NCBI GenBank assembly: GCA_001820955.1
Contig: MHRK01000047.1
Span: forward strand, 1-55,695
Length of the DNA stretch: 55,695 bases
Reading direction: 5' to 3'
Source: Candidatus Taylorbacteria bacterium RIFCSPHIGHO2_02_FULL_43_32b
Lineage (GTDB): Bacteria; Patescibacteriota; Minisyncoccia; Phycocordibacterales; 2-02-FULL-43-11
This document shows positions 17,696 through 27,141 of this stretch, in pieces (within the stretch, counting starts at the first letter, position 1; each line of letters opens with the position of its first letter). The notes under the pieces are model-generated. The model searched no databases and was not told the origin of the DNA. It was given only the letters and a program-made list of their open reading frames with translations. A program made the translations under genes and the position numbers.

Positions 17696-20600
17696 ATGGC
17701 AAAACTTCACGAGCGTCTCCTTTCGAAATTTCTGTTTTATGCCAAATGGCACAAAAATCCCTTGCATGCCCCCTTCCATTTTGGCGTATTTTTTGGATTA
17801 AGTTTGGTTCTGACCGCAACACTTATTTATGCCGTTACCAATTGGCCTAACGTGTATGCATCGGCCGCGGCTGTAGCCGCTTTTGACAAATCTGCCGTCA
17901 AAAATGAACAAGCGTCTCAAAAGATGGAATCTTTGAAAATTGCGGATAACTATATTGTTGTTCTGAATAGGGGAGAGAGAGGAGCGGAGGTTCAGAAGTC
18001 GTTTGGTCTTAAGGCCAAACAAGAGTACCGACACGCGATAAATGGTTTTTCGGCTTATATTCCGAAGGGTCGGCTTGAAGCACTCAAAAAAGACAAAAGA
18101 GTTTCTTATGTGGAAGAGGATGTTACAGTTTACGCTCTGGCTCAGGCTGTTCCGAGTGGTGTAAGAAGAATCAAGGCAAACCAGTCTAATGTGGCATTGA
18201 TCGATGGCGTGGATAACAGAGTCAATGCGGATGTCGCTATCATCGATACAGGTGTGGATTTTACTCATCCTGATCTCAATGTTTATCAGCATGTTTCTTT
18301 TGCGGTTGATTCAACGGACGGGATGGATGGACACGGTCATGGTACTCATGTGGCCGGAACGGTGGCCGCGCTCGACAACAATATTGGTGTGGTCGGAGTT
18401 GCTCCGGGCGCAAGGATTTGGGCTGTTAAGGCGCTCGATAATTCTGGAGCCGGAGCACTTTCCATTATTATAAAGGCTGTCGATTATGTTACGGAACACG
18501 CGGATGAGATTGAAGTAGCCAACATGAGTCTTGGTGGTCAGGGTAGTTCTGGATCCCTTCGACAAGCAATTGCGACAAGTGTTGGCAAGGGGGTTGTCTA
18601 TGTGGTCGCCGCTGGAAATTCTTTTTTCGAAGTCTATGGTGGTGACAGTCAATTGGGCACCTCGGACGATTTTTTTCCGGCCGCTTATCCTGAAGTCATG
18701 ACCGTAAGCGCTATTGTTGATACGGATGGCCAAAGTGGGGGCGCGGGGGTGTCAACGAGTTATGGGGAGGATGATACCCTTGCCAAGTATTCCAATTGGA
18801 GCAATGTTGTCGACGTGTCAAACCCTGTTGTGTCTCCGGGAGCATCAATTGATATCGCCGCTCCTGGAACTATAATTTACTCAACATATAAAAATGGTGC
18901 TTATGCAACTATGTCTGGGACGTCTATGGCCAGTCCCCATGTTGCTGGAGCCGTTGCTCTCTATATTTCTGAAAACGGAAGGGCTAGCGATGCCACAGGT
19001 GTTTATCGCATTCGACAATCTATAATCGATTTAGCCGAACCACAGAGTGCGTGGGGAGTTAATAAAACAACCCCTCTCTCAAACGATCAGAAGCCGGAAG
19101 GCCTTATTGATGCCGGCAATCTAACAACTGGAGGATCTAATTTGCGACCAACCATCTCAATTTCAAGACCAGTTTCGCAGGCAGTGTTTAATGAAGGTCA
19201 AATGATCGCTTTTTTGGGGAATGCTGCTGACGCGGAAGACGGTGATCTCACGGCAAAAATTGAATGGACTTCGAGTATCGATGGCGTTTTGGGTAAAGGA
19301 GGATCATTTTCAAGAAATTTGAGTTCCGGAGATCACGTTATTTCTGCCAAAGTGAGCGACTCTCTGGGTTATTCGGCTATTGCTACTGTAAGAATTTCCG
19401 TGGTTAGCTCAATCAATAGTGTGCCATCAGTATCTATTCTTTCGCCATTGAACGGGGCAGTGCTTACGACTGGAACATTGGTCGGATTTACAGGTTCGGC
19501 GATTGACCAAGAAGACGGTGATATTAGTTCCCGAATTTCATGGACATTTAATGGATCGGTGCTCGGCACTGGTTCAGATGTCAATGTCACTTTTGGTAAA
19601 GGAGTTTTTAGAATTCTGGCCTCAGTCACCGATTCTGGTTTGAAGACGGCAACTACATCTGTCGAAATTTCAGTTGTTGATAATCCGGAAAATACTGCGC
19701 CGAGCGTTTCCATTATTACTCCGGCCGAAACCTCAAGTGTGATAAAAGGCACGGAAGTGCGTTTTTCTGCTTCCGCGTCCGATAACGAAGAGGGAAATAT
19801 TACTAATCGTATCAAGTGGGCGTCGAGTATTGATGGAAATTTTGGAACAGGCGGCGATCTTCTTTATAGCTTGTTTTCTTCGGGAGTTCACACCATTTAC
19901 GCCAACATAACAGATTCGAACGGGCTTACGTCTTCGGATGCGGTTTCTCTTACAGTTGAGGAAAAACAAGCCGATACTGTGCCCCCTTTGGTTTCAGTGA
20001 CTTATCCTTCTGCTAACTCTGTTGTTTCCGGAGTTGTAACGATGTCTGCTTCGGCTTCAGATAATGATGGAATTGATCGGGTACAATTTATGGTGGACGG
20101 GGCTGATATTGGCGTTTCCGATAGCGTCGCGCCTTATACGATTGCGTGGAATACTGATGACTATACAAGTGGAAGTCACGTAATAAGTGCGGTCGCTTAT
20201 GACACGACTGGCAACAAAACGATTTCTTCGCTCGTTTCGGTAGTGGTTGATCGAGTGCCAACCGTAACAATTACGTCTCCAACGGAAAACACTTTTTTGC
20301 CGGGTCAAGCCGTCACCTTTAGGGCGTCGGCCATGGATAAGGAAGACGGTGATTTGTCGATCAAAATAAAATGGTCTTCCAATCTGGATGGGATACTCGG
20401 CTTGGGTAGTTCTCTTTCAAAATCTCTTTCGGTCGGAACGCACATCATAACTGCCGAAGTTTTTGATTCGAGAGGACAAACAGCCTCGGCCTCACTTATC
20501 GTTACGGTTGCTAATAAACTAGGACTATCAGCATCAACTGATAAGTCGATTTACAATAATAAGGACACGGTCAAAATTACTGCCTTAGTCTCATCAAATT

Positions 20601-20824
20601 CAGTGCCGGTTTCCGGAGCTTTTGTTTCTGCTACAGTCGTCAGTCCTACGGGAAGGCAAACGGCATATTTATCCGGCACTTCCGATAGTTTCGGTAAGGT
20701 TGTATTGACCTATCAGATTAATACTAAATCTGGAGGGGCCGGTTCATACGGAGTTAATCTTACTGCCAGCAAGACCGGATTCGCGAACGGAACTTTGTCG
20801 ATCACTTTCAAGGGCAATAAGTAA
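17696..20824 (+). CDS. S8 (subtilisin) serine peptidase with I9-like propeptide and multiple Ig/PKD-like domains
   Basis: Catalytic triad motifs 'IIDTG', 'HGTHVAG' and 'GTSMASPHVAG'. Repeated 'A.D.EDG.l...I.W.S..dG..G.G' domains and an N-terminal TM segment. Confidence 0.93.
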   Translation: MAKLHERLLSKFLFYAKWHKNPLHAPFHFGVFFGLSLVLTATLIYAVTNWPNVYASAAAVAAFDKSAVKNEQASQKMESLKIADNYIVVLNRGERGAEVQKSFGLKAKQEYRHAINGFSAYIPKGRLEALKKDKRVSYVEEDVTVYALAQAVPSGVRRIKANQSNVALIDGVDNRVNADVAIIDTGVDFTHPDLNVYQHVSFAVDSTDGMDGHGHGTHVAGTVAALDNNIGVVGVAPGARIWAVKALDNSGAGALSIIIKAVDYVTEHADEIEVANMSLGGQGSSGSLRQAIATSVGKGVVYVVAAGNSFFEVYGGDSQLGTSDDFFPAAYPEVMTVSAIVDTDGQSGGAGVSTSYGEDDTLAKYSNWSNVVDVSNPVVSPGASIDIAAPGTIIYSTYKNGAYATMSGTSMASPHVAGAVALYISENGRASDATGVYRIRQSIIDLAEPQSAWGVNKTTPLSNDQKPEGLIDAGNLTTGGSNLRPTISISRPVSQAVFNEGQMIAFLGNAADAEDGDLTAKIEWTSSIDGVLGKGGSFSRNLSSGDHVISAKVSDSLGYSAIATVRISVVSSINSVPSVSILSPLNGAVLTTGTLVGFTGSAIDQEDGDISSRISWTFNGSVLGTGSDVNVTFGKGVFRILASVTDSGLKTATTSVEISVVDNPENTAPSVSIITPAETSSVIKGTEVRFSASASDNEEGNITNRIKWASSIDGNFGTGGDLLYSLFSSGVHTIYANITDSNGLTSSDAVSLTVEEKQADTVPPLVSVTYPSANSVVSGVVTMSASASDNDGIDRVQFMVDGADIGVSDSVAPYTIAWNTDDYTSGSHVISAVAYDTTGNKTISSLVSVVVDRVPTVTITSPTENTFLPGQAVTFRASAMDKEDGDLSIKIKWSSNLDGILGLGSSLSKSLSVGTHIITAEVFDSRGQTASASLIVTVANKLGLSASTDKSIYNNKDTVKITALVSSNSVPVSGAFVSATVVSPTGRQTAYLSGTSDSFGKVVLTYQINTKSGGAGSYGVNLTASKTGFANGTLSITFKGNK

Positions 20825-20996
20825 GGAGTTATTGGCGAAGCGAAAAGCGCGAAAATTCGAACGACCGAGTATTTTCGGTGTTGACAGGGTAAATTTTGGA
20901 GAAACTAATAAAATTTGTCTCGTCCTCTGCCTGTGTGTACGCGCAGGCAGGCATCCTCGCCCTAAAGGGACGGGGAATTCCCCCCCCAATAAGCGA

Positions 20997-21041
20997 ACAA
21001 CAAATAACAAAGTGGCCAACGGCCACTTTGTTATTTGTTGT
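20997..21041. terminator. Perfect 21-bp-stem hairpin between convergent genes
   Basis: ACAACAAATAACAAAGTGGCC-aac-GGCCACTTTGTTATTTGTTGT. Confidence 0.6.
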
Positions 21042-21058
21042 AAAAAATTCTATTTGAT

Positions 21059-21628
21059 TTAGTTTACTCTTTCTACGTATTCTCCAGTCGTCGTGTTTAC
21101 TCGGATCATTTCGCCCTCGTTGATGAAGAGTGGGGCGTTAATCATAGCGCCTGTTTCGAGTTTAATTTGCTTTGAGCCTCCTTTTGCGGTGTCGCCTTTG
21201 ACCGCAGGAGGCGCTTCAACCACTTTTAATTCCACTTTGATGGGAAGGCGAAGGCCGACCTGCTTTTCTTTCCAGGTTTGGAGGCCAATCAGAGTATTTC
21301 CTTTGAGGAATTGACCACCTTGGCCGACCTCTTCGGCTGTCATTTTGAAGCGCTTAGACGGGTCTTTGACTTCGCAGAACCAGAATTCGCCTTTGTTATT
21401 GTACAGATACTTAATTTCACGTTCGTCGATTTCGGCTTCTGGCACTTTGTCGGATTGGTGAAAGGTAACTTCAGCAACTCTGCCACTCATTAAACTCTTA
21501 AGTTTTGTTTGATTTACCGGTTTTCTCTGTTGCATTCGAAAGACGCGGGAGTCGAGTACTTCCCAGGGTTCACCTTCGTGCTCAATATATTTGTGGACAG
21601 TTATTTCGTTGTAGTTGATCAGTGACAT
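21059..21628 (-). CDS. efp: Elongation factor P
   Basis: 'YLY', 'LPIKVELKVVEAPPAVKGDTA', 'LETGA....PLFINEGE.IRVNT.TGEY.ER'. Confidence 0.94.
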   Translation of the reverse strand: MSLINYNEITVHKYIEHEGEPWEVLDSRVFRMQQRKPVNQTKLKSLMSGRVAEVTFHQSDKVPEAEIDEREIKYLYNNKGEFWFCEVKDPSKRFKMTAEEVGQGGQFLKGNTLIGLQTWKEKQVGLRLPIKVELKVVEAPPAVKGDTAKGGSKQIKLETGAMINAPLFINEGEMIRVNTTTGEYVERVN

Positions 21629-21750
21629 AAGGATAGGCGCCAGGCTTTAGGCACTAGGCGCTAGGAAACTAATAAGATAGGGGAGAGTTTAGCTGAGGTT
21701 GCATTTTTTGGCAACTATCGCATTATGTGTGAAGTTTGCCGTAAATAGTT

Positions 21751-21927
21751 ATGAGCGAAAAAAAATGTCATCTGTGTGGGGCTTCTCTATCTGCAGAAGA
21801 AGAGCAGCGGATTGACGGAAAACCTGTTTGTGATGATTGTTACTATGAGCAGATGGGGAAAGAAATCGATTGCAATCCTATAATAAATCCAGATCTGGTA
21901 TTAGAGCGCCAGCAACATAAAGACTAG
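21751..21927 (+). CDS. Small CxxC/CxxC zinc-binding protein, 58 aa (below the ORF track cutoff)
   Basis: Hand translation MSEKKCHLCGASLSAEEEQRIDGKPVCDDCYYEQMGKEID..., followed by a hairpin and T-tract at 21926-21951. Confidence 0.55.
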   Translation: MSEKKCHLCGASLSAEEEQRIDGKPVCDDCYYEQMGKEIDCNPIINPDLVLERQQHKD

Positions 21928-21991
21928 CATTCCTTGAAGGGGGTGCTTTTTCTTACCTAGTGTTTAAAAAGGATTTGTATTTTATACTTCT

Positions 21992-22082
21992 TTCAGTTTT
22001 TCTCTAATCAGCTTCAAAATCTCGTTCTCTATCTTGGAGTTTTCCTTAAGGAATTGTCTGGTGGCGTCATAACCGCGGCCAA
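21992..22082 (-). repeat. Exact 91-bp duplicate of the recA 3' end
   Basis: Identical to 22812-22902. Confidence 0.95.
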
Positions 22083-22086
22083 TTGA

Positions 22087-22341
22087 TCAGAATTTGAGCT
22101 TAACGCCAGTCTTCTTAGCAATTTCTTTAATCCATTCTTCGTGACGGCTGAGCTGCATTTTAATAGCGCTGTATTCAATTCGAAGGTCATCGATAACTTT
22201 TGCAAGTCCATCCACGGCCGTGGTTAACCCTTGCACGACTTCTTTGAGTGAAGAAACATCCTCCACTAGCTCTTTCAGGTCGTTTTTAGTTGCCAGAACG
22301 GAAGTTAATTTATCGATGTCTTTGTCTGTAAGCATGTTCAA
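22087..22341 (-). CDS. Small coiled-coil hypothetical protein
   Basis: Heptad pattern 'LATKNDLKELVEDVSSLKEVVQGLTTAVDGLAKVIDDL'. Confidence 0.65.
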   Translation of the reverse strand: MNMLTDKDIDKLTSVLATKNDLKELVEDVSSLKEVVQGLTTAVDGLAKVIDDLRIEYSAIKMQLSRHEEWIKEIAKKTGVKLKF

Positions 22342-22366
22342 AGTTTAATTTGGTCAAAGCGAGCTG

Positions 22367-22741
22367 TCAATTTTGTGAAGTCGCGGAGCTTTTGCGAGTT
22401 TTTATTTTGCCGTAAAGCCAGCCGAATAGTGCACCTGCAATAAACGTAAAAACAATATTTAGCAGAACACCAGAAGGAGTCGGTAGCGCCCCTAGTTCAG
22501 TTTGTCTGAACATTCCTTCGTCTGTAATTATTATACTTGGAATGAAAGAAATTAATCCATTACCGATTAGGGTTAATGGTCCCATAATTTTCAAAAGTGA
22601 ATGCAAAAGACCTCCTTCTTGCTGCGGTACAATTGAATTATCTATTAAAATTGGAATGCTGATTATTATTACAACAGCCGATATCATAACACCGCCTTTA
22701 AACCAATACGGCCAATTTTCCCAAGTTTTCATGTTTGGCAA
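22367..22741 (-). CDS. Small membrane protein, 'WPYW...GWLYGKIK' family
   Basis: 'WENWPYWFKGG...GALFGWLYGKIKTRK'. Confidence 0.7.
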   Translation of the reverse strand: MPNMKTWENWPYWFKGGVMISAVVIIISIPILIDNSIVPQQEGGLLHSLLKIMGPLTLIGNGLISFIPSIIITDEGMFRQTELGALPTPSGVLLNIVFTFIAGALFGWLYGKIKTRKSSATSQN

Positions 22742-22801
22742 TTATTTGTAACTTTTGTTTCCCGCTTTCGCTGGAACGTTTTACGCTTCACGTTCTGGGT
22801 T

Positions 22802-23848
22802 CTACGATTCCTTCAGTTTTTCTCTAATCAGCTTCAAAATCTCGTTCTCTATCTTGGAGTTTTCCTTAAGGAATTGTCTGGTGGCGTCATAACCGCGGCC
22901 AAGCTTAACGGCTTCGCCTTTGCCGTCCGGGGCGGGGAATTCATATGACTGACCAGCTTTTTTTATCAATCCAAATTTCTCGCCGAGAGCAATAACTTCA
23001 CCTTCGCGCGAAATTCCTTCGTTATACATAAGATCGAATTCGGTCTGTTTAAAGGGAGCAGCCACTTTGTTTTTGACTACCTTTACTCTCACTCTTCCGC
23101 CGACAACTTCTTCGCCTTTTTTGATTTGAGCAATGCGGCGGATATCCAATCTAACCGAAGTGTAGAATTTGAGTGCTTTGCCTCCTGGGGTAGTCTCTGG
23201 GTTGCCAAACATTACGCCGATTTGCATGCGGATCTGGTTGATGAAAATGACGATGGTCTTTGAGCGGGCCACAATGGCGGTCAATTTGCGAAGAGCTTGT
23301 GACATTAGTCTAGCCTGTTTGCCGACGTGCATGGCGCCCATGTCTCCCTCGATTTCGTCTTTAGGTGTTAGTGCCGCGACAGAGTCGACGACCACTACAT
23401 CAATTTTCCCCGAACGTACCAAACTTTCGCAGATCTCAAGAGCTTGCTCGCCGGTGTCCGGTTGGGAAATGAGAAGATCATCAATTTTTACTCCGATTCT
23501 TTTTGAATATTCGGGGTCCATGGCGTGCTCGGCATCTATAAAAGCGCAGATGCCGCCCTTTTTTTGGGCTTCGGCGATTACGTGAAGTGACAGTGTTGTT
23601 TTTCCGCTTGACTCGGGGCCGAATATTTCGATGATGCGTCCGCGAGGAAGTCCTCCGACTCCAAGAGCCGCATCAAGTCCGATAGAACCTGTCGGGATGG
23701 CGTCAATGCCGACTTTAGGCTTTTCGCCGAGCTTCATAATGGCTTCTTCGCCGAACTTGGTTTTGATTGCGTCTATCGTATTTTGGATATCAACTTGACC
23801 TACAGTCTTTGCTTCTTTCGGGGCTTTATCTTTTGTTTTGAATCCCAT
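22802..23848 (-). CDS. recA: Recombinase RecA
   Basis: 'GPESSGKTT', 'DSVAAL', '[12 protein letters not shown]' and '[15 protein letters not shown]'. Confidence 0.99.
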   Translation of the reverse strand: MGFKTKDKAPKEAKTVGQVDIQNTIDAIKTKFGEEAIMKLGEKPKVGIDAIPTGSIGLDAALGVGGLPRGRIIEIFGPESSGKTTLSLHVIAEAQKKGGICAFIDAEHAMDPEYSKRIGVKIDDLLISQPDTGEQALEICESLVRSGKIDVVVVDSVAALTPKDEIEGDMGAMHVGKQARLMSQALRKLTAIVARSKTIVIFINQIRMQIGVMFGNPETTPGGKALKFYTSVRLDIRRIAQIKKGEEVVGGRVRVKVVKNKVAAPFKQTEFDLMYNEGISREGEVIALGEKFGLIKKAGQSYEFPAPDGKGEAVKLGRGYDATRQFLKENSKIENEILKLIREKLKES

Positions 23849-23921
23849 GATAGTTTAGATTACTAAATAATTTAAAATTTAAAGATCAAAATGCAAAATG
23901 ACAATTAAAAATTGAAAAATT

Positions 23922-24233
23922 TCAAGTCGACGAATGCCGGGTCTTGATTTTTTTGATGGACCAACCGATAAAAAGTGCTACCAAGGAAACTGAAAAAAGT
24001 ATGCTCAGGTATACCACATAGTCATTTTTCAAATTAGTGAGGATGATGCCGAATCCTTTCGGACATGGACTATACCCATTTTCTGCCAAGCCTACGCAGG
24101 ATGGCTGAGCCATTAACCATAAATCCAAAATTATACTAATGGTTACCCCTAATATTATCCCTCGCAACCAATATTTTTGTGACTTTACATTGCCTGCCCG
24201 AAATGCTTTGGCTCTGGTCTCAATGCTTAACAT
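23922..24233 (-). CDS. Small membrane protein, divergent 'YWLRG...GWSIKKIK' family member
   Basis: Two TM segments, and the first 16 codons are identical to those of 10381-10746. Confidence 0.55.
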   Translation of the reverse strand: MLSIETRAKAFRAGNVKSQKYWLRGIILGVTISIILDLWLMAQPSCVGLAENGYSPCPKGFGIILTNLKNDYVVYLSILFSVSLVALFIGWSIKKIKTRHSST

Positions 24234-24325
24234 AACATTTATACATTACTCGATAACTATTACTTTCATCGCGCCTCGTCACTTCGAAGCAGGCGGGTCA
24301 TTTTTCATTTTGATTTTTGCATTTT
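24186..24325 (-). repeat. 140-bp module, copy 2
   Basis: Inverted copy of 10289-10428. Confidence 0.92.
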
Positions 24326-24689
24326 ACATTTCTTTTGGTGTACTCATGACCATAAACTCAAGTAGTTTTTCGGTTTCTTTGCCGAAACGATCTTTAGCTT
24401 CAAATTTGATTATATTATAGCCACTCTGGAGTATCAATTTTTCGGAAAACGCCCCAGTTTCGTCAATAAAAATGGGGGAGTCGTTCAATGTTATGGAGTT
24501 GACCCTAAAGGCTTTTCCTCTTACTTCCACTTGAGGTCCGAAGATCTCTGTTTTATCTTGCGGGTAGATGATTTGTATTTCCGGACCAGAGAGATAATCA
24601 CGGCTTTCGTAATATATGTACCAGATCAAAAAACTTCCTGCTACGATCGAGAGGATAATCGAAAATATCATTTTTGCTCCTTTTCTCAT
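24324..24689 (-). CDS. Membrane-anchored single Ig-like domain protein
   Basis: TM helix, then 'GPEIQI..P...VRGKA...LN...G.F...L.L..GYN.I...AKDRFG'. Overlaps the ftsK stop. Confidence 0.7.
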   Translation of the reverse strand: MRKGAKMIFSIILSIVAGSFLIWYIYYESRDYLSGPEIQIIYPQDKTEIFGPQVEVRGKAFRVNSITLNDSPIFIDETGAFSEKLILQSGYNIIKFEAKDRFGKETEKLLEFMVMSTPKEM

Positions 24690-26887
24690 TGAGGTTGATT
24701 ATCTGCAGGTTCCGGGGAATTATTGTCAGAGGGTCTATTCAAAACCTCTCTTGGTTTGGATCCGTCGGAGGGCCCGATTACGCCCCGTTCTTCAAGAATA
24801 TCCATGAGCCTGGCGGCTCTCGAGTAGCCAACTCTCAATTTTCTTTGAATGTATGAAGTTGAGGCTTTGCCCGCCCGTGTTACTTCTTCTTTTGCGGCTT
24901 CGTAAAGATCGTCATCAATTTCTTCATTATCAACCGAATCAAAGACGTTTACACCGCCACTTTCACTTTGATTTTCCGTAAGGGTTATTTCGCTCGGTAT
25001 TTCATTTGCGTAAGCTTCACGCAGATGTTTGGTGACTTTTTTTACCTCGGTTTCACTGACATAAGCCGATTGTATTCTAAGCGGTTTGGCCATGTCTCCG
25101 CCTAAATAGAGCATATCTCCAGCCCCCAAAAGTTTTTCTGCTCCGCCTGTGTCCAATATTGTTCGTGAATCAATTTGAGAAGATACCTGGAGAGCGATTC
25201 TTGCGGGGACGTTGGCTTTGATGAGACCTGTAATTACGTTAACTGATGGGCGCTGGGTGGAAAGGATGAGGTGAATACCGACAGCCCTACTCATTTGTGC
25301 CAAACGCACTACCGCCGCTTCCAGCTCTCGGGGATAACTGGTCATAATGTCCGCCAATTCATCAATGACAATAATCACATAGGGCATCATATCGGGAAGG
25401 TTACTGGTGCTTTCCTCAGGGTTGTCCGCTTTCTCTGCCCCTTTAAGGGCTGGTGCAAGAACATTTTTATGGTACGACTCGATGTCTCTAACTGTATTCG
25501 TTTCCAAAATTTCATATCTGCGATCCATTTCTTTGGCCGCCCATCTCAAAGCGAGAATTGCCTTCTTGGCATCTGTAATGACAGGAGTCAAAAGGTGGGG
25601 AATTTTATTGTAAAGAGTTAGCTCGACACGTTTGGGATCAATCATTATGAACTTGAGGTTGTCGGGCGAGTTTCGGAATATCAAAGAGTTGATAATGGTG
25701 TGAATGGTAACCGATTTTCCCGAACCCGTTGCTCCCGCAATCAAAAGGTGGGGCATTTTCGCCAAATTGCCAAAATGTGATTTTCCAGAGATTGCCTTAC
25801 CAAGAGAAATGAGGAGCGGTTTGTCTGACTGTTGGTATTCGTCGCTCCCAAGCATGGTGGCGAGCCCCACAGTCGATTTACTGCTGTTTGGGACTTCAAT
25901 TCCAACGAGTGATTTGCCCGGAATCGGGGCTTCGATTCTTATGGGGTGAGCGGCAAGGGCATATGCCAAATTGTCCTGGAGAGCGGCAATTTTTGACAGT
26001 TTGACCCCTTCTGCCGGTTTGATAGCGTAACGTGTGACCGATGGTCCGATAGAAACTTCGTCCATTTCAATAGATATGCCGAAATTTTGCAAAGTTCTTT
26101 TGATAATATTGGCGTTGGCTTTGATATCTCCCGCGATTGGTTTGCCGCTGTCCCGTTCGAGAAGAGAAATGGGGGGAGGGGTATATTGTTTTCCAAAAGA
26201 TTTGAAACCCTCCCAAACTTTGTCGGTGCCCTCTTCATCAAAATCGTCAGACAGTATCCCTTTACTTACAGTCGGCTCATCATCTTCCACCTCTTCTTCC
26301 TCGGGGGGCTCACTTTCTGGAGGTTCTTCAGGCTCATCCTCTTTTTTATAAGCATCATCCTCGTCTACCTCGATCGTTTTCTTTATTTTAGGGGTAGGGG
26401 TAAAAAGTTGACGGAGGTCTTGAAAGAGGCGAATAAAAGGTTGCATAGAGAGGCGGACTTCAAATATTACCAATATGGATGCAATTACCAGAGCGGAAAA
26501 AATTACGATGCTTGCTCCGACATCAAACAACCTAATAAATGGAATGGCAAAATACTTTCCAATAATACCCCCGTTTTCAAATAATATGTTAATAAGTCCG
26601 AGACCCGCTAAAAGAAAAAAAAGTGATCCCAGTATTTTAGGGACAGGCAACCTGCGATTATCGAACGATGTCAAAAAAGAAATACCAAGCATAAAAGTGG
26701 CAACGGGGAGAAGGAAGAAACCAATGCCAAGTAATTTTTCAAGAATCGCAAAGGTGTAGTTACCAGCAGGACCGGCTTTTCCGACGGCCGACATTGTAAG
26801 CAAAATTGCCGCCACAAAAAGAATTACCGCAACTACAGCGTCTCTTGTTTCTTTGCGCAAACCATCAGATTGGATTTTTTTTACCAT
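24686..26887 (-). CDS. ftsK: DNA translocase FtsK
   Basis: N-terminal TM region, 'PHLLIAGATGSGKS', 'IDELADIM', 'TQRPSV', and gamma domain 'QRKLRVGYSRAARLMD'. Probable start ATG 26887 (track start 26971). Confidence 0.96.
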   Translation of the reverse strand: MVKKIQSDGLRKETRDAVVAVILFVAAILLTMSAVGKAGPAGNYTFAILEKLLGIGFFLLPVATFMLGISFLTSFDNRRLPVPKILGSLFFLLAGLGLINILFENGGIIGKYFAIPFIRLFDVGASIVIFSALVIASILVIFEVRLSMQPFIRLFQDLRQLFTPTPKIKKTIEVDEDDAYKKEDEPEEPPESEPPEEEEVEDDEPTVSKGILSDDFDEEGTDKVWEGFKSFGKQYTPPPISLLERDSGKPIAGDIKANANIIKRTLQNFGISIEMDEVSIGPSVTRYAIKPAEGVKLSKIAALQDNLAYALAAHPIRIEAPIPGKSLVGIEVPNSSKSTVGLATMLGSDEYQQSDKPLLISLGKAISGKSHFGNLAKMPHLLIAGATGSGKSVTIHTIINSLIFRNSPDNLKFIMIDPKRVELTLYNKIPHLLTPVITDAKKAILALRWAAKEMDRRYEILETNTVRDIESYHKNVLAPALKGAEKADNPEESTSNLPDMMPYVIIVIDELADIMTSYPRELEAAVVRLAQMSRAVGIHLILSTQRPSVNVITGLIKANVPARIALQVSSQIDSRTILDTGGAEKLLGAGDMLYLGGDMAKPLRIQSAYVSETEVKKVTKHLREAYANEIPSEITLTENQSESGGVNVFDSVDNEEIDDDLYEAAKEEVTRAGKASTSYIQRKLRVGYSRAARLMDILEERGVIGPSDGSKPREVLNRPSDNNSPEPADNQPQ

Positions 26888-27141
26888 GCAACAATAATAG
26901 CAAAAAAAATATGAGCTGTATAAACAAAACAAAAAACGCAAAAAAATAAGCACGAAAACATAAAGCTCCAAGCGTCATGGCCTCCGCTTTTTCTAAAAGA
27001 CAAAATCAGAACACACGGTCCTCGTCTACGGAATGTTGCTCCGTGAGAGAAGACACCTATAATGGACACATTCATTCACGTAGAGATTGGACAAGAGATA
27101 AACATAGCAAAACAGATTAGATCACTTTTAAGGACACACTC

